Positions 1-11,899 of a DNA stretch of 64,000 nt are shown here, piece by piece; within the stretch, counting starts at the first letter, position 1; each line of letters starts with the position of its first letter. A program made the translations under genes and the position numbers. Location of the stretch: contig CM119372.1 of NCBI GenBank assembly GCA_051294905.1, positions 11,658,001 through 11,722,000 on the forward strand. The letters run 5' to 3'. Source of the stretch: Botryllus schlosseri. Lineage: Eukaryota. The notes under the pieces were generated by a model, which had not been told where the DNA came from, did not search any database, and worked only from the letters and a program-made list of their open reading frames with translations.

Positions 1-2564
1 CATCTGATTAGAGTGGTTGTCGCGGTCGGCCTGTGTTCCGTCACCGCCATATCCAGATGAATATCCGTCATATCTGTGAAATTTACGGTGCTGTATTACC
101 TATACTACATGAATCACGTGGTTCGTATTTGGACTATCATTTCATTTCTACTGCCGCAGTTTCCGAAGTCAAATAGCTTATTTGGTACTTTTACTTTTTT
201 AAATACTGCCAAGTTGAAAGGAGAATTTAAGTGGGTTTGCATTACTTTTATCCGGGACATCGTTCTAACCATCATAGTATAGCCCCTATAATCCCAGATC
301 ACCTGGCAAGGTTTCGCAATAATATACGCGCATCAACCCAGTTCAGTTTATAAATAATGTCATCATTTCAAATGACCACAATAATTTGATACAGCACTGC
401 AGGACCATTGTCCATTATTAGTCAGTCACAATGATGCATTAAATTATAAATTTCTCTGCAACGTGCCAATGTTTCGGACGAAAACATAACTTACTATGTT
501 TTCAATGTTTTTTATAACCGTTCATTTTCTATTTAAGTGAAGTTGTTTCGTCAATTTTTCATGTTTTGGAAATAATCACTGCATGTAACTAAATAGTATT
601 TTAGGGTTGTTTCTGCTTTAGCTTCGTCAAGTCTTGATTAGAAACCGATATAGGCAAAACGTCATGAAAATACACGCTACAGCCAGAATAATACATTCAA
701 AATTCAACCGCGGCTCTGAAAACTAGGTTATAGCCATTTAACCAGCTGCTCAAGTATTTCTATTCGATATTGCCTGTCCATATCAACAGTGGCGTAGCAG
801 CCACTTGGCGATTCTGGCTCTGCGCCAGGGGCGGCAAAATGAGGCTACACAGTGTACACGGCCGGCTAAAAGCAGCGTAATTGGCAGTACTATAGTTGGC
901 ATGCCGTGAGCTAAAATTGAATCAAACTGGTCTCAATCGAAAGCTAGTGTCGCGCTGATTCCGAATATGTTAACCAATTGAACCACTCCAAAATAGCCGT
1001 CAAGACCGATTGTTCCTAACATTCAGAGCGTTGCAACACGATGACCAATTGACCATGATAATGGAAATTATATCGATCGATTGTTCGGAACAATGCCGAT
1101 TTTCAGACCAGCATTTAAATTGTATTTCCGGAATCAGGGCAACGATAGCTTTCGATTAAGATCAGTATTGTTAAATTTGAGCGCTCGTAGGGTCTGGCCA
1201 ACTATAGGATGACCAATGACCAATGGTTGTTCAAAAAAAACTTTTTTTTCCAAATCTCACTCGCCTAATGACTAAATCGTCAGGTTGTCGAAGAATACGA
1301 TGCACACCAAATTTGACTCAATTCCAACGAGTAGAGGCCGTGCAATCTTGAATTGAATTTTTTAATTTATTATTAAAAATTAAAAAAAAATTTCAAATTT
1401 TTCTGTCAACCCCATGAAATTGTTGAGCTGTCTTCAAAGACGATGCAAAACAAATTTGAGTCAATTCCGACTAGTAGAAGCGGAGTTATTCGAGTTTTTC
1501 GTTGATAATTCTCGGATTATCCTTGATCCATTGACCATTGACCAATTATGCTGCTTGTAGATGTCTCAGCAGGAGGCTTGTCTGGGAATTCAAGTGTGAC
1601 AACTAAGTGCCTATTTGTCCGTAGGTTACTGATAAATGCTCTGGGTTACGAATTGGTACAGCAGACCGAGATAGCTGTGAAGGTAAACCGGTCGTAGGAA
1701 CTGTTCAAGTCGGTAATAATTGTCTGATTGACAGATTGTGCTTAAATTTATACAAATGTTAATTAAGACTCGAAAATGAAATACATTCGTTCGCTATTTC
1801 TTGTCTTCATTATTTTTGGCTGAGACGCGGCATATTATTTGTAGTAATTGTTATTGAAAAAATTGCTTGAACATGAATCTATGTCGAAATTTGCTGCGGT
1901 CTACTTAGAGGGGGGGGGGGGGCGGCATTTTAAGCGAGAGCCAGGGGCGGCAGCACTTGCTGCTACGCCAGTGCATATCAATCTAATCAATGTTTCTATA
2001 GTTGACGAACTTGTAAATTCGCAGCACGTCATCTTCAAATTAGCTGATACACAGATGTCATTCGGGTAGGGTTACCATACGTCCTCTTTTTTCAGGTTTT
2101 TGAATATGTCCTCCGATTACGCCTAAGCTCAGTGTCTTCCTTTTTGGCAATTCGTCCTCCTTTACAGCTTTTACTACTATGATAATGGAGAGATTCGAGT
2201 GAAAATGGGCACAAATGACGCTAAATAGGAAATTCGGGGTTCGATCCAAAGCGACGACGTTTTTTAGTCAACCCCACTAATTTTAAGTAAAACGTGTGTA
2301 AATCGGGAGTCGAACTAAAGAGACGAACTTTTTATAGTCAACCCACCAAATTTTACAGCAGAAAATAGAGAAAGCTGCTGTTTTCAGTTTTGATCAACTA
2401 ACTTTTCTGATTTGGTAAGTGTCCTCCTTTCCCGATTCCAAAATATGCTAACCCTACATTAGGGCAGCTAACATTGCATTGCATTGCCAAATCTCTTACC
2501 TGTCGTTGTTGGGGTTGCATTGGTTTGCGTGATTGTCATTATCTGCTTGTTGTTGTGGGTCCAT
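1..2564 (-). CDS. Micro-peptide gene copy A (DNHANQxNPNN-repeat peptide), 3' end runs off the window; exons 2564-2500 and 73-<1
   Basis: ATG at 2564, GTAAGA donor after 2500, TTTCACAG acceptor before 73. Spliced product MDPQQQADNDNHANQCNPNNDRYDGYSSGYGGDGTQADRDNHSNQM..., near-identical to copy C with the same exon-1 size (65 nt) and intron phase (2). Confidence 0.8.
787..1973. mobile_element. Non-autonomous hAT-type element (CAGTGGCGTAGCA termini) in intron 1 of peptide gene A
   Basis: TIR CAGTGGCGTAGCA ... TGCTACGCCAGTG; perfect 8-bp TSD CATATCAA on both sides. Confidence 0.8.
2067..2456. mobile_element. hAT-type MITE (TAGGGTTACCATA family)
   Basis: TIR TAGGGTTACCATA / TATGCTAACCCTA; TSD CATTCGGG/CATTAGGG; second family member at 35389-35821. 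Confidence 0.75.
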
Positions 2565-2669
2565 CGTAACCTCCTCGTGAAAAAAATGCTCAGTATTTCA
2601 GATCGCTAGCGTATCGATTCAACGTGAGTATCACATAGGCTATGCGGGACAAGCATCAGTTTGGACGCG

Positions 2670-2722
2670 TTTATATTCCTCCACAAATGTCAAGAGAGTG
2701 GTAGCGTGCAGGGTAATTCCCC
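2670..2722 (-). promoter_or_regulatory. Putative core promoter of peptide gene A: kB-like site GGGGAATTACC (2722-2712) and TATAAA (2675-2670)
   Basis: The kB-like site is identical at the homologous position upstream of copy C (10762-10772), and CATAAA (10818-10823) matches the TATA position. Confidence 0.5.
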
Positions 2723-2745
2723 GACATAGGAGACAACCGTTGCGG

Positions 2746-4925
2746 CATAGTGTCCTATATGGTGTCGACACAAGCAAATCGCACGGTTCAATGAAATTGT
2801 ATCACGTCACAGTTTCCATTTGGCTACAGGCAATTTGACGGTGATTTTTGACCGGCTTGCCGAGCATTAAATTTGATGAATCGGGTTTCAATCGAAAGCT
2901 GACTCTGCATTGATTACGAAAATATAAATTTTATTCCGCTCGCGGCCCTGGAACCCCCACAATCAGCCCCCAATTATTCATTGTCGAGTAGATTGGCAGT
3001 GTGACGCAACAAAGCTGTCTGGCGAAACGTGAGACTAGCTCAAGAGCAAGGATGCGGCCGAGCGGCGAGAGTGGGATCAGCTGACGTGACGGCAATAGCG
3101 ATGTGCAAACGCGCCACAGAGAAACGCTGCGCTGGTGATACTTTTTCTATGCGTTTCGGTACAACCGAGCACACACCAGCCTTTCCTTGACTTGTAAGGG
3201 TAGAACTGGGTCCACAGAATGTATTAGGGCCCTACCAATTTTCGCGCAATATCCCTCAGCTGATAAAGATATGTAGGCTACGTCTAAGTAGTCTACATTG
3301 GATATGTCAGATTATTATGATATCGATTGCCTTAGCCCGCTTGTTGCGTAGGGCTCCAGAGACACGTCGCGCTGTTGATGGCGGGTGTCGATACTTTCTA
3401 TAGTCGCTTTTATGGTTAAGTGTGAGCAAGGATCATTGACCATGAGCATACATTACAAGCTTTTATTTGATCCGTATGGGTAGGACTTGGTCCGCGAATG
3501 CAGCAGGTAAAATGTTGATTGTTGAATAAAGTTTAACAGCAGGAGTGTCGAATTAAACTGGTATCGCTGTCGCGATTCAATCCGTTACTAGAAAGCTTGC
3601 GGGCCATACCTGCCAAATGATTCCAAAATGTTACCACCAAATTCATACCTTTGTTTTTCACTGGAATATATCTGATATCACTATAAACGTTGACGTTGGA
3701 ATTTGGTTTAGCATTTTTCAATCACCAAATAGCGTTTTTGAATGCCGGGGACCTTTTGCGTCAAAAGTAATACAGTGGTATCGCAGATATTTGAATTATA
3801 TTCATCCTGTAGCCTGTATATATATTCCTAATGTAACTTACGTAAAACGGATTTGCAGTATTTTTTCGCATCTGTGAATAACTGAATTTCCATTGTCCAT
3901 TCGGCCCAACAGAGTTTGCACTTTTTCGCCTTCTCGGAATTTGGCAAGGTCACCGACGTGGTGCTTATGGGGACTAGAGTGAAAACTCAACACTGTAGTT
4001 GTATTACTACAATATGACGCGAAACAATAACTTCATATTGTTAATTTATTCGCTAAAAGCTTTTCGACTAACTCTCATCAGTAGCAATAATAACTACAAT
4101 ATGATATATTTACATTATCTAAATTTGCTGTCTTGAGTGAATCTTATTACTTGAAAGTATATTTTTCTTACTAGAAATATCTCTAACAGCTGAAGGATTG
4201 CGCGAAAATTGGTAGGGACCGCAAATACATTCTGTGGACCTAGTTCTACCATTACAAGTCAAGGAAAGGCTGGTTTGTGCTCGCTTTTAGCGAAGCGCAT
4301 AGAAAAAGTATCAACAGCCCTACGCAACAAGCGGGCTAAGGCAATCGATATCATAATAATCTGACATATCCAATGTAGACTACTTAGACGTAGCCTACAT
4401 ATCTTTATCAGCTGAAGGATATTGCGCGAAAATTGGTAGGGCCCTAATACATTCTGTGGACCCAGTTCTACCCTTACAAGTCAAGGAAAGGCTGGTGTGT
4501 GCTCGGTTGTACCGAAACGCATAGAAAAAGTATCACCAGCGCAGCGTTTCTCTGTGGCGCGTTTGCACATCGCTATTGCCGTCACGTCAGCTGATCCCAC
4601 TCTCGCCGCTCGGCCGCATCCTTGCTCTTGAGCTAGTCTCACGTTTCGCCAGACAGCTTTGTTGCGTCACACTGCCAATCTACTCGACAATGAATAATTG
4701 GGGGCTGATTGTGGGGGTTCCAGGGCCGCGAGCGGAATAAAATTTATATTTTCGTAATCAATGCAGAGTCAGCTTTCGATTGATACCCGATTCATCAAAT
4801 TTAATGCTCGGCAAGCCGGTCAAAAATCACCGTCAAATTGCCTGTAGCCAAATGGAAACTGTGACGTGATACAATTTCATTGAACCGTGCGATTTGCTTG
4901 TGTCGACACCATATAGGACACTATG
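2746..4925. mobile_element. Foldback DNA transposon with 610-bp TIRs, P/Galileo-like, non-autonomous
   Basis: Arms 2746-3355 and 4316-4925 are near-perfect inverted repeats (only two mismatches noticed), termini CATAG...CTATG, 7-bp TSD GTTGCGG (2739-2745, 4926-4932). The empty site matches the homologous upstream region of copy C. Confidence 0.85.
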
Positions 4926-5399
4926 GTTGCGGTCTCTAACCAATCAATGTCCTTGAGCCGTGACCAACTATATGTGGTTCTTGTTGGGTAAAGGCTACGA
5001 GGTGTTTCTATTGTCTGTCAGTATAGAGACTGTTACCGTCTCTATAATTTCAGGCTGTTATAGGCTACTACTTTTCCAATACCCATTTTTGAATTTGAAA
5101 CGTGACATCATCATTATTGACAATGACAATCTAGTACGTATATATATTCCCGCACGCACAGCTTTGGTATTCGCCATAGTTGAAATGGTACTGTGGTTTT
5201 CCACCACTGAACCATTGCGATCCCGTTTGATGGAAAATTACAACACGATTCCAATCCAATGTCCCGGTGAACCAATGCGCTTCCTAGCCGAGACACGTTA
5301 ACATTTATATCCAAATGTATATTCCACTCATCGCGATACAGTAATGTTACATTTGCAAGTTCATTTAATGAAAATTAAAACGACTGTACAGTGTACAAC

Positions 5400-5527
5400 T
5401 CTGCAGGTGTTCGTGCCTGACGACTAGCACTGATTTTGCTGGCCTCAAGTTGAGTTCTGGAAACACCAGGGATTGAATCTGTGATCTCGGGTATACGATC
5501 CAGCGGTGTGACCACTGAAATACTGCA
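5400..5527 (-). mobile_element. Degenerate tRNA-derived SINE head (same family as 9516)
   Basis: Reverse complement CAGTGGTCACACCGCTGGAT...GAGATCACAGATTCAATCCCTG resembles the 9516 element. Boundaries approximate. Confidence 0.5.
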
Positions 5528-6050
5528 TCCTACTATATAGCTGAATAACCTCACAGCAGTTTAACCGGGTTCACCATCTCTTCGCCAGGGTTTATAGGCC
5601 TACACACGGTGACATACAGAAATATATATTGTTTAGGACACCTATGGTTAATTGGTTAACCCAGTTCGATCCTAGGAATTATTCTCACCCCGCAATGTAA
5701 TGGCGTGAGTAACAAGCAATCTAGTCTGACTAAGCTCCGTTCAATAATTATAATAATTTGAGAATATATATGGAAACCTAGTCAGTTTCTACTGACGTAC
5801 CGCTTTTTCTGGAATGCCACATAATATTTTATCAACGAGAATTATAATTTCCAAAATTACTTTAAGCTGCTGGAGAGACTGGTGTACAAAATTGACGTCA
5901 GGTTACAAGATCAATATTGAATCTCATGCCGGATAGCACCATACTTAAACGTAGCAGACTTGCCATTTGCACATATGTGATAGCGACTTTACGGCGACAC
6001 TAGCAATCTAAAGCAGAGACGGATTTTTCAAGATACTAAAAGACGATACC

Positions 6051-7138
6051 ATGGATGCACAAAAGAAAGCGGCTAATGATAATCGCTCGAACCAAGACAA
6101 CCCTAACAACAAAAGGTAATAGATGCTATGATGCTATTTTATATGTACCATTGATATTGCTTTTACGACGGACAACAGTTCCTATATTGGACAGTTGCTG
6201 CTAATCTTCCAGTTGGCGAAATTCATTGCGCATGCTTATTGTTCGTAGATATGGTGGGCATACGCCTGGATATGGAGGTGACGGGACGCAGCCCGACCGC
6301 GATAACCATGCCAATCAAGGGAATCCAAATAACCCCAGGTATATGCAATTAGAACTATTATATAACGAAGGTATGGGAATTCTGCATACTATATGTCTTA
6401 ACACTTTGAAAATAGTATATAGGTCATGCCCGGGTCCATCGCCTTTGCATCCTAAGGCCGAAGTCCTGAATTGCCCCAACGTCACGAGGTGTTCGCTTGT
6501 ATCACGTCAAGACAATACGGCACGCGTTCTGAACCTTTGTAGAGTCATGGTACACTTTCAGATTATAAATATTTCTTGGTTCACTTCTTAATGTCATGCT
6601 CGAAATATAGAATGAATCTGTCGTTTTGAGTGGTAACAACTAAACATACATTTAATCTGAATATGACATACGTTCCTAGGATTACTCCAGTACTGTTGAG
6701 TTAGTTTCCGGTTATATTGCAATCGAATTTCATCCCTGATATCCTATTGATGAGCCTTTTTAGCTGTTATGATTACGACATACCGACAAAAGTATTTTAA
6801 TTTTTAATTCGACATATCACAGATTCTGACATTTCCCCCTGATAAAGGTCTGCGCGAAGTAGAGTAAAATATAATACTATATATGTTATTGATAGCATGA
6901 GAAGACGAATACAACAAAACGTTTCAGCAACTTCCTTATATTCCAAATAGCTCTATGATCCACGGATTAAGAACCACCGCTATGATCGACAATTAAACCA
7001 GCGGATATCGGGATGTCTCAGAATGCACCCCAGTATATTTTAGTTGGACCAATACTTATTTCAGATTGCAGCGTGGCATGGTACCGTTCGTTCGCTGATC
7101 ATTATTTATATATTTTTAGACATCAACCGAAGAAATGA
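6051..7138 (+). CDS. Micro-peptide gene copy B, 57 aa; exons 6051-6115, 6249-6338, 7120-7138
   Basis: Spliced product MDAQKKAANDNRSNQDNPNNKRYGGHTPGYGGDGTQPDRDNHANQGNPNNPRHQPKK*. GT-AG introns, both phase 2; exon sizes 65/90 equal copy C; AATAAA at 7227-7232. Exon 3 was chosen by analogy with copy C and is the least certain. Confidence 0.78.
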
Positions 7139-8168
7139 ATACGTGTGGCTGTTGGCGTAATGAGCGTTGGTGGATTGAACTGTGATAATTTGGGCATTTC
7201 TTAATTATATGGTTTATATATTTGTGAATAAAATCTTCGATTAACGTCTGTCCGTGGCGCGGGAACATACTTGGTACTGTGGGCCGCATGGATTTTGGAT
7301 TGCATACTATTTTAGGCGGGTCAACTGTAAAAATAATCGAGTTTGAAATACCGAAATAACTAAAGTTGTATTATATCCAACAACGGTGGTAACTCTTATC
7401 GAAGTGACCGATATAGTCCTTTTCCTTGGAGCTGTCTACTGTAAATATTTGGAATTATTATGACGGAGACGGAGTTCTTTTTCTTTGCTACAATCTGACC
7501 TTCACAAGATAATACTTACTTAAAAAAACAGAACAGTGCATAACGCTAATTTCCAGGCGTTTTCCGGAAATTAGTATAGAACGGGAGGCTAATGGCATAA
7601 TATATTACTCTAGTAACCGGATCTATTATAGAGATTTGGAAGCCACTCCTATACCCACCGATAACGAATGAATGGATTTGTTAGCAAAGTAATTAACCAT
7701 ACGCAATCGTATAATTTCAAAAGTTCCGTGCAGCATGTTTGAAAATATCCGAATAGCTGCCGCTTCGCACGGCTTGCGTGTAACGAGATTTGATTCACTA
7801 GCAACGAGTCCTATTGGTCGAAATTGGAATATACTATCGGTACATATTTACCTACTACATACGGCATTAGAGTTCGATCATTCGCACGTTTAATAATTTC
7901 ACCATTTCGAAGCATTCTATATCCTATACCATCCACATCCTAACATCCTACACTATATGCAAAGAGAGGAAGGCGTCGGAGAGACTTATCTAAATAAAGA
8001 AAGAGTTGCTCACCTCTGCCAACAATAGCAATAAAAAAACGTTGCAGAATCGCATAAATGTGCATACCGAGAAAGAAGTATCAAATTAGTAACTTATAAA
8101 ATAGATTCTATCTCTCACTGGTACCGCGCAGTTGGACGACGATGAAACTCGGGCATTGCACTGGTTAA

Positions 8169-9178
8169 TAGGGATGGTGTGAACCTCTGAAAGGTTCAGG
8201 TTCGTGTGAACGCGAGCCACTTTGAAAGGTTCTGCGCGAACCCGAACGTGAATCTCATGACGTCACGTGACGTCGTATTGCTAATTCCGACCCTACATTT
8301 CAGTGAAGTCATAGCCTATATTAATATACTTGTACACGGTACCCAGCGATGACTCGGGCCACATAATGTGACAATACTGAAGTATATAATGACGTTTTAA
8401 ACGTCGCTAAGTGTATCAACTGGGCCAATCAAATGATATAATAATCCCATAAAATCAATATCTTCCGTCGCTTTGCCAACAACTTCGACGAGGACTTGCC
8501 AGGGAATATGAGGTTACGCTGGGTTACGCCCTAAAAGTCTAGGCCAGACCAGACAATGCATTCGGCGCCTAAGTATTGCTACGTTGATATGGAGCAGAGT
8601 ATAAAACGGTTTGTATACTTGCTACCGATACTATACGCCATTAGCAAGCTATACAGCAGTAGCCAACACCCCAATCGCACGGATTTGGTTTCTATGATAC
8701 AATAAACATATGAAATCAAGATTGACCACGTACGCCTGCTAGATTTTTTACATCAGACAACGAGATCAATTCTTTCATTGGTTGAATAAGCATCATTCGC
8801 TGACTATAACAACATGTAGTGTATTTCGTTCTTGATGTTGTGTGATTGGGGGTAAAGCTCACAGCAGAGGGTCAAAAAATATTCGAGCAAGCCTTTGTAA
8901 TAAAGCAAGTAAAATTTTTGAGATTGTCAAGGTGCACGATTGTTCATGTTCAGTGTTGATTTTTTATGCTGCCAGCGCCATGCATATAGTGGCCTGCAAT
9001 TGAAATGCAATAAATTTCAAGCAAAGATGCTATGATGAAGTGAAAATTGTAGTATATGAAAAACGTTCACAGTGCAGAACCTACCAAGGTTCGTCTGTGA
9101 AAGTGAACCTCTAAATTTCTGAGGTTCACACTTCACACACTGAACGCGAACGTAAACCTCATGTTCACACCATCCCTA
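8169..9178 (+). mobile_element. hAT-type MITE, TAGGGATGGTGTGAAC family (copy 1 of 5)
   Basis: TIR TAGGGATGGTGTGAAC / GTTCACACCATCCCTA; degenerate TSD CTGGTTAA/CTGGTCAG; internal homology to the four other copies. Confidence 0.85.
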
Positions 9179-9515
9179 CTGGTCAGGTCAAGATATCGAA
9201 GCGAAGCATTAATTAAACATATTTCACCGAAATTATAATTAAAAATTTCGGCGAGAATCCGAAGGAAGGATAAATTTTCTCTCCAATGTTAGTCGAACAA
9301 TACACAAGAAATCATTGGAACAACTACATTTCCAGTATCGAAATGGATAACCCCATTAACCACAGATATCCTAAGTTAGGACCTGTATATTGAATATTTC
9401 TGTATTATTAGGACTCCTATCAATATCTGCCTGCCCCTGTATATATAAGCCATGGAAGAGATGAATACTGCCAAACAGCCGAAGTGGTGATTTAGATGCC
9501 ATAATGTAGGACCCA

Positions 9516-9780
9516 GCAACAGTGGCGCAGTGGTTACACCGCTGGATAGCCCACCAGAAATCACAGGTTCGATTCCTGCAGGCTGTTCCAAGCGAGCAAC
9601 ACCGGTGGCAACCGCAAGGCCGGATAAGTGGGCAGGCTCGTGTAAGAAAGAGCATAAGAGATGGAACTGGAGCTAAATCATAATGCGGCAAACTGAGCAC
9701 TGCGTCGATGCCTTCGGAGATCCCACACGCGCAGGAATTATTGTAGGATAGATACGCTACTTTGCATTCTTCCATTCTCA
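9516..9780 (+). mobile_element. tRNA-derived SINE
   Basis: Pol III A box TGGCGCAGTGG and B box GGTTCGATTCC, followed by non-tRNA body; related copy at about 5400-5527. 3' end approximate. Confidence 0.6.
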
Positions 9781-10623
9781 GCGCACGGTAATTCTCGCAT
9801 TCTTGGCATGATTTTTCAAATTGCGTATCAGATCCAACAAGATCAGTCTCTATAATCGAATAAGGCATATGGTTGTTCTGCATAGTCAAAAGCAAATCAT
9901 TAGACCTGTAGTTCCCAATCACTCATCGCCCCCTTATCAAGCCCGACACAGATTTTCACCCACCCCCCTATATTTATGGACCCGAAAAAGAGGACCTATA
10001 GACGGGAAATTTATACACTTTACTCTGATCCCTGGTGAATTGACTGTAACAAGGTCATTTTCCGAGTAGGTGTAGAGTTTTCCGAGAAGAAAATCGGGTT
10101 CCGCTTCTACTTTTCCTTGAGTTGACCTTTTTTATGCGTCATATGCAGAATAATCCGTCTTCACGTGCATTTTTAGTCGTGTTAATTAAATATATCTCAT
10201 TCGACGTTCTAACATTTTAGCCCCCCTGCCATGTCGCCTTGTTGGTATTTTAGCCCTCTTTCTCAAAATTGCCCATGTTGGGAACGACCGTACTAGACTA
10301 TGAAGCGCTGGAGGACATGTAGAGCTGTATATTTTCAATGCAGTGTATACAAAACCATTTTGGTTTCATGAAATAAATTTGAAATTATCCTGATTAGTGA
10401 CATTAAAAGTTCGGTATCGATGTCAACGTATCCAGGAAACCAATATCTTCATTGGAATATTGGAATCGAGCCGTAATTTTCCATCAACCGAACCCATGCA
10501 CAGAGTGCCGGGATCGCATCGTTCATGAATATCCCAGTCCGTACGGGCCTACAAAACATACACCTACTCGATTGTCAAAATGCTGATCTTAAATTATAAA
10601 ATCAATATTGGATACTCGGTAAC

Positions 10624-10823
10624 GGGGAAGTACCAGACGCGACACAATAAGGCAGCATTTTGGATAAATAATGGCCATATACACATAGCCTTGCCCAAAG
10701 TCAACCATGGTTAGTCAAGAATGTCGATGGGTTCGAAATCGCAACGGTTGTCCGCTATGTCGGGGAATTACCGTGCACGATTCTTCCTTCTTCGCTCTCG
10801 TGACTGTGACAGCTACACATAAA
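10624..10823 (+). promoter_or_regulatory. Putative promoter of peptide gene C: kB-like sites GGGGAAGTACC (10624-10634) and GGGGAATTACC (10762-10772), TATA-like CATAAA (10818-10823)
   Basis: From about 10715 onward it is alignable with the upstream region of copy A; the 10762 site is identical in both. Confidence 0.5.
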
Positions 10824-10905
10824 CTCGTCCAACCTATTGCTTCTCTGCACATGTGATAGTAACGTCGAATCGATACGCAAGCTGTTCGAAATACTGAGAA
10901 ATCAT

Positions 10906-11866
10906 TAGGGATTGTGTGAACCTCTGAAAGGTTCGGGTTCGTGTGAACGCGAACCTTTTTGAAAGGTTCTGTGTGAACACGAACGTGAACCTCGTGACGT
11001 CATATTGCTAATTCCAACCCTATCTTTCAATGAAGTGATAGCCTATGATACCTAGCGAAGACTCGGGCCACATAATGTCACATTGCTGAAGTACATATTG
11101 GCGTTTTAAACGTCGCTAAATGTATCAACCGCGGTTATGAAGGCATATAATAATCTCATAAAATCAATACATTCCGTCGCTTTGCCAACAATTTCGACGA
11201 GGACTTACTAGGGAATATAAGCTTATGCCTTAACGGTCTTTGACAGACCGGACAATATGTTCGGAGTCTGGGTATTGCTACATTGATATTGAGCAGAGTG
11301 TAAAACGGGTTTCTATACTCGCTACCGATACCATAAACAACAAGTTATAGCCAGCACCTTAATCGCACGGATTTGGTTTTAATGATACAGTAAGGATATG
11401 AAGTCAAGATTGACCCAGTACGCCCGCTCGATTTTTTACATCAGAAAACGATATCAATGTCATTGATTGGTTGAATAAGCATCATTCGCTGACTACGTAT
11501 ATCGCTCGTGATGTTGTGTGGTTGCGGGTTAAGCTCACAGCAGAGAGTCACTAAATATTCACAAACGGAAAGCTGGATATTTCGAGAAATTTTTGCAACA
11601 AAAAAGCAAGTAAAACTTTTAATGTTGTCAAGGTGCATGCTCGTTTAGTGTTGATTTTTTATGCTGCCAGCGTCATGCAGAGAGTGACCCGTAGTTGAAA
11701 TGCAATATATTTTAACCAAAGATCTTATAGTGAAGTCCAAATTACTATTTACCAAAAAGGTTCACAGTGCAGAACCTACCAAGGTTCTGTTGTGAACGCG
11801 AACCTCTAAATTTCCGAGGTTCACACACAGAACGCGAACGTGAACCTCGCGTTCACACCATCCCTA
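10906..11866 (+). mobile_element. hAT-type MITE, TAGGGATGGTGTGAAC family (copy 2), inserted between the putative promoter and ATG of peptide gene C
   Basis: TIRs present; perfect 8-bp TSD GAAATCAT (10898-10905, 11867-11874). Confidence 0.9.
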
Positions 11867-11899
11867 GAAATCATTTGAAGTTTTCACGAGGACGATACG

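Noticed and set aside
6226..6591. 121-aa ORF (and 12414..12665) as standalone genes
   Set aside because: Only the 90-nt exon 2 of the peptide genes is coding; the rest is intron read-through beyond clear splice sites.
9516..9590. Possible genuine tRNA gene (also 19352 and 54020)
   Set aside because: A and B boxes are present but I could not fold a proper cloverleaf, there is no oligo-T terminator, and each continues into a repeated body, so these are SINE heads.
9371..9922. 183-aa minus-strand ORF
   Set aside because: Overlaps a tRNA-derived SINE on the opposite strand; non-ATG start and no recognisable domain.
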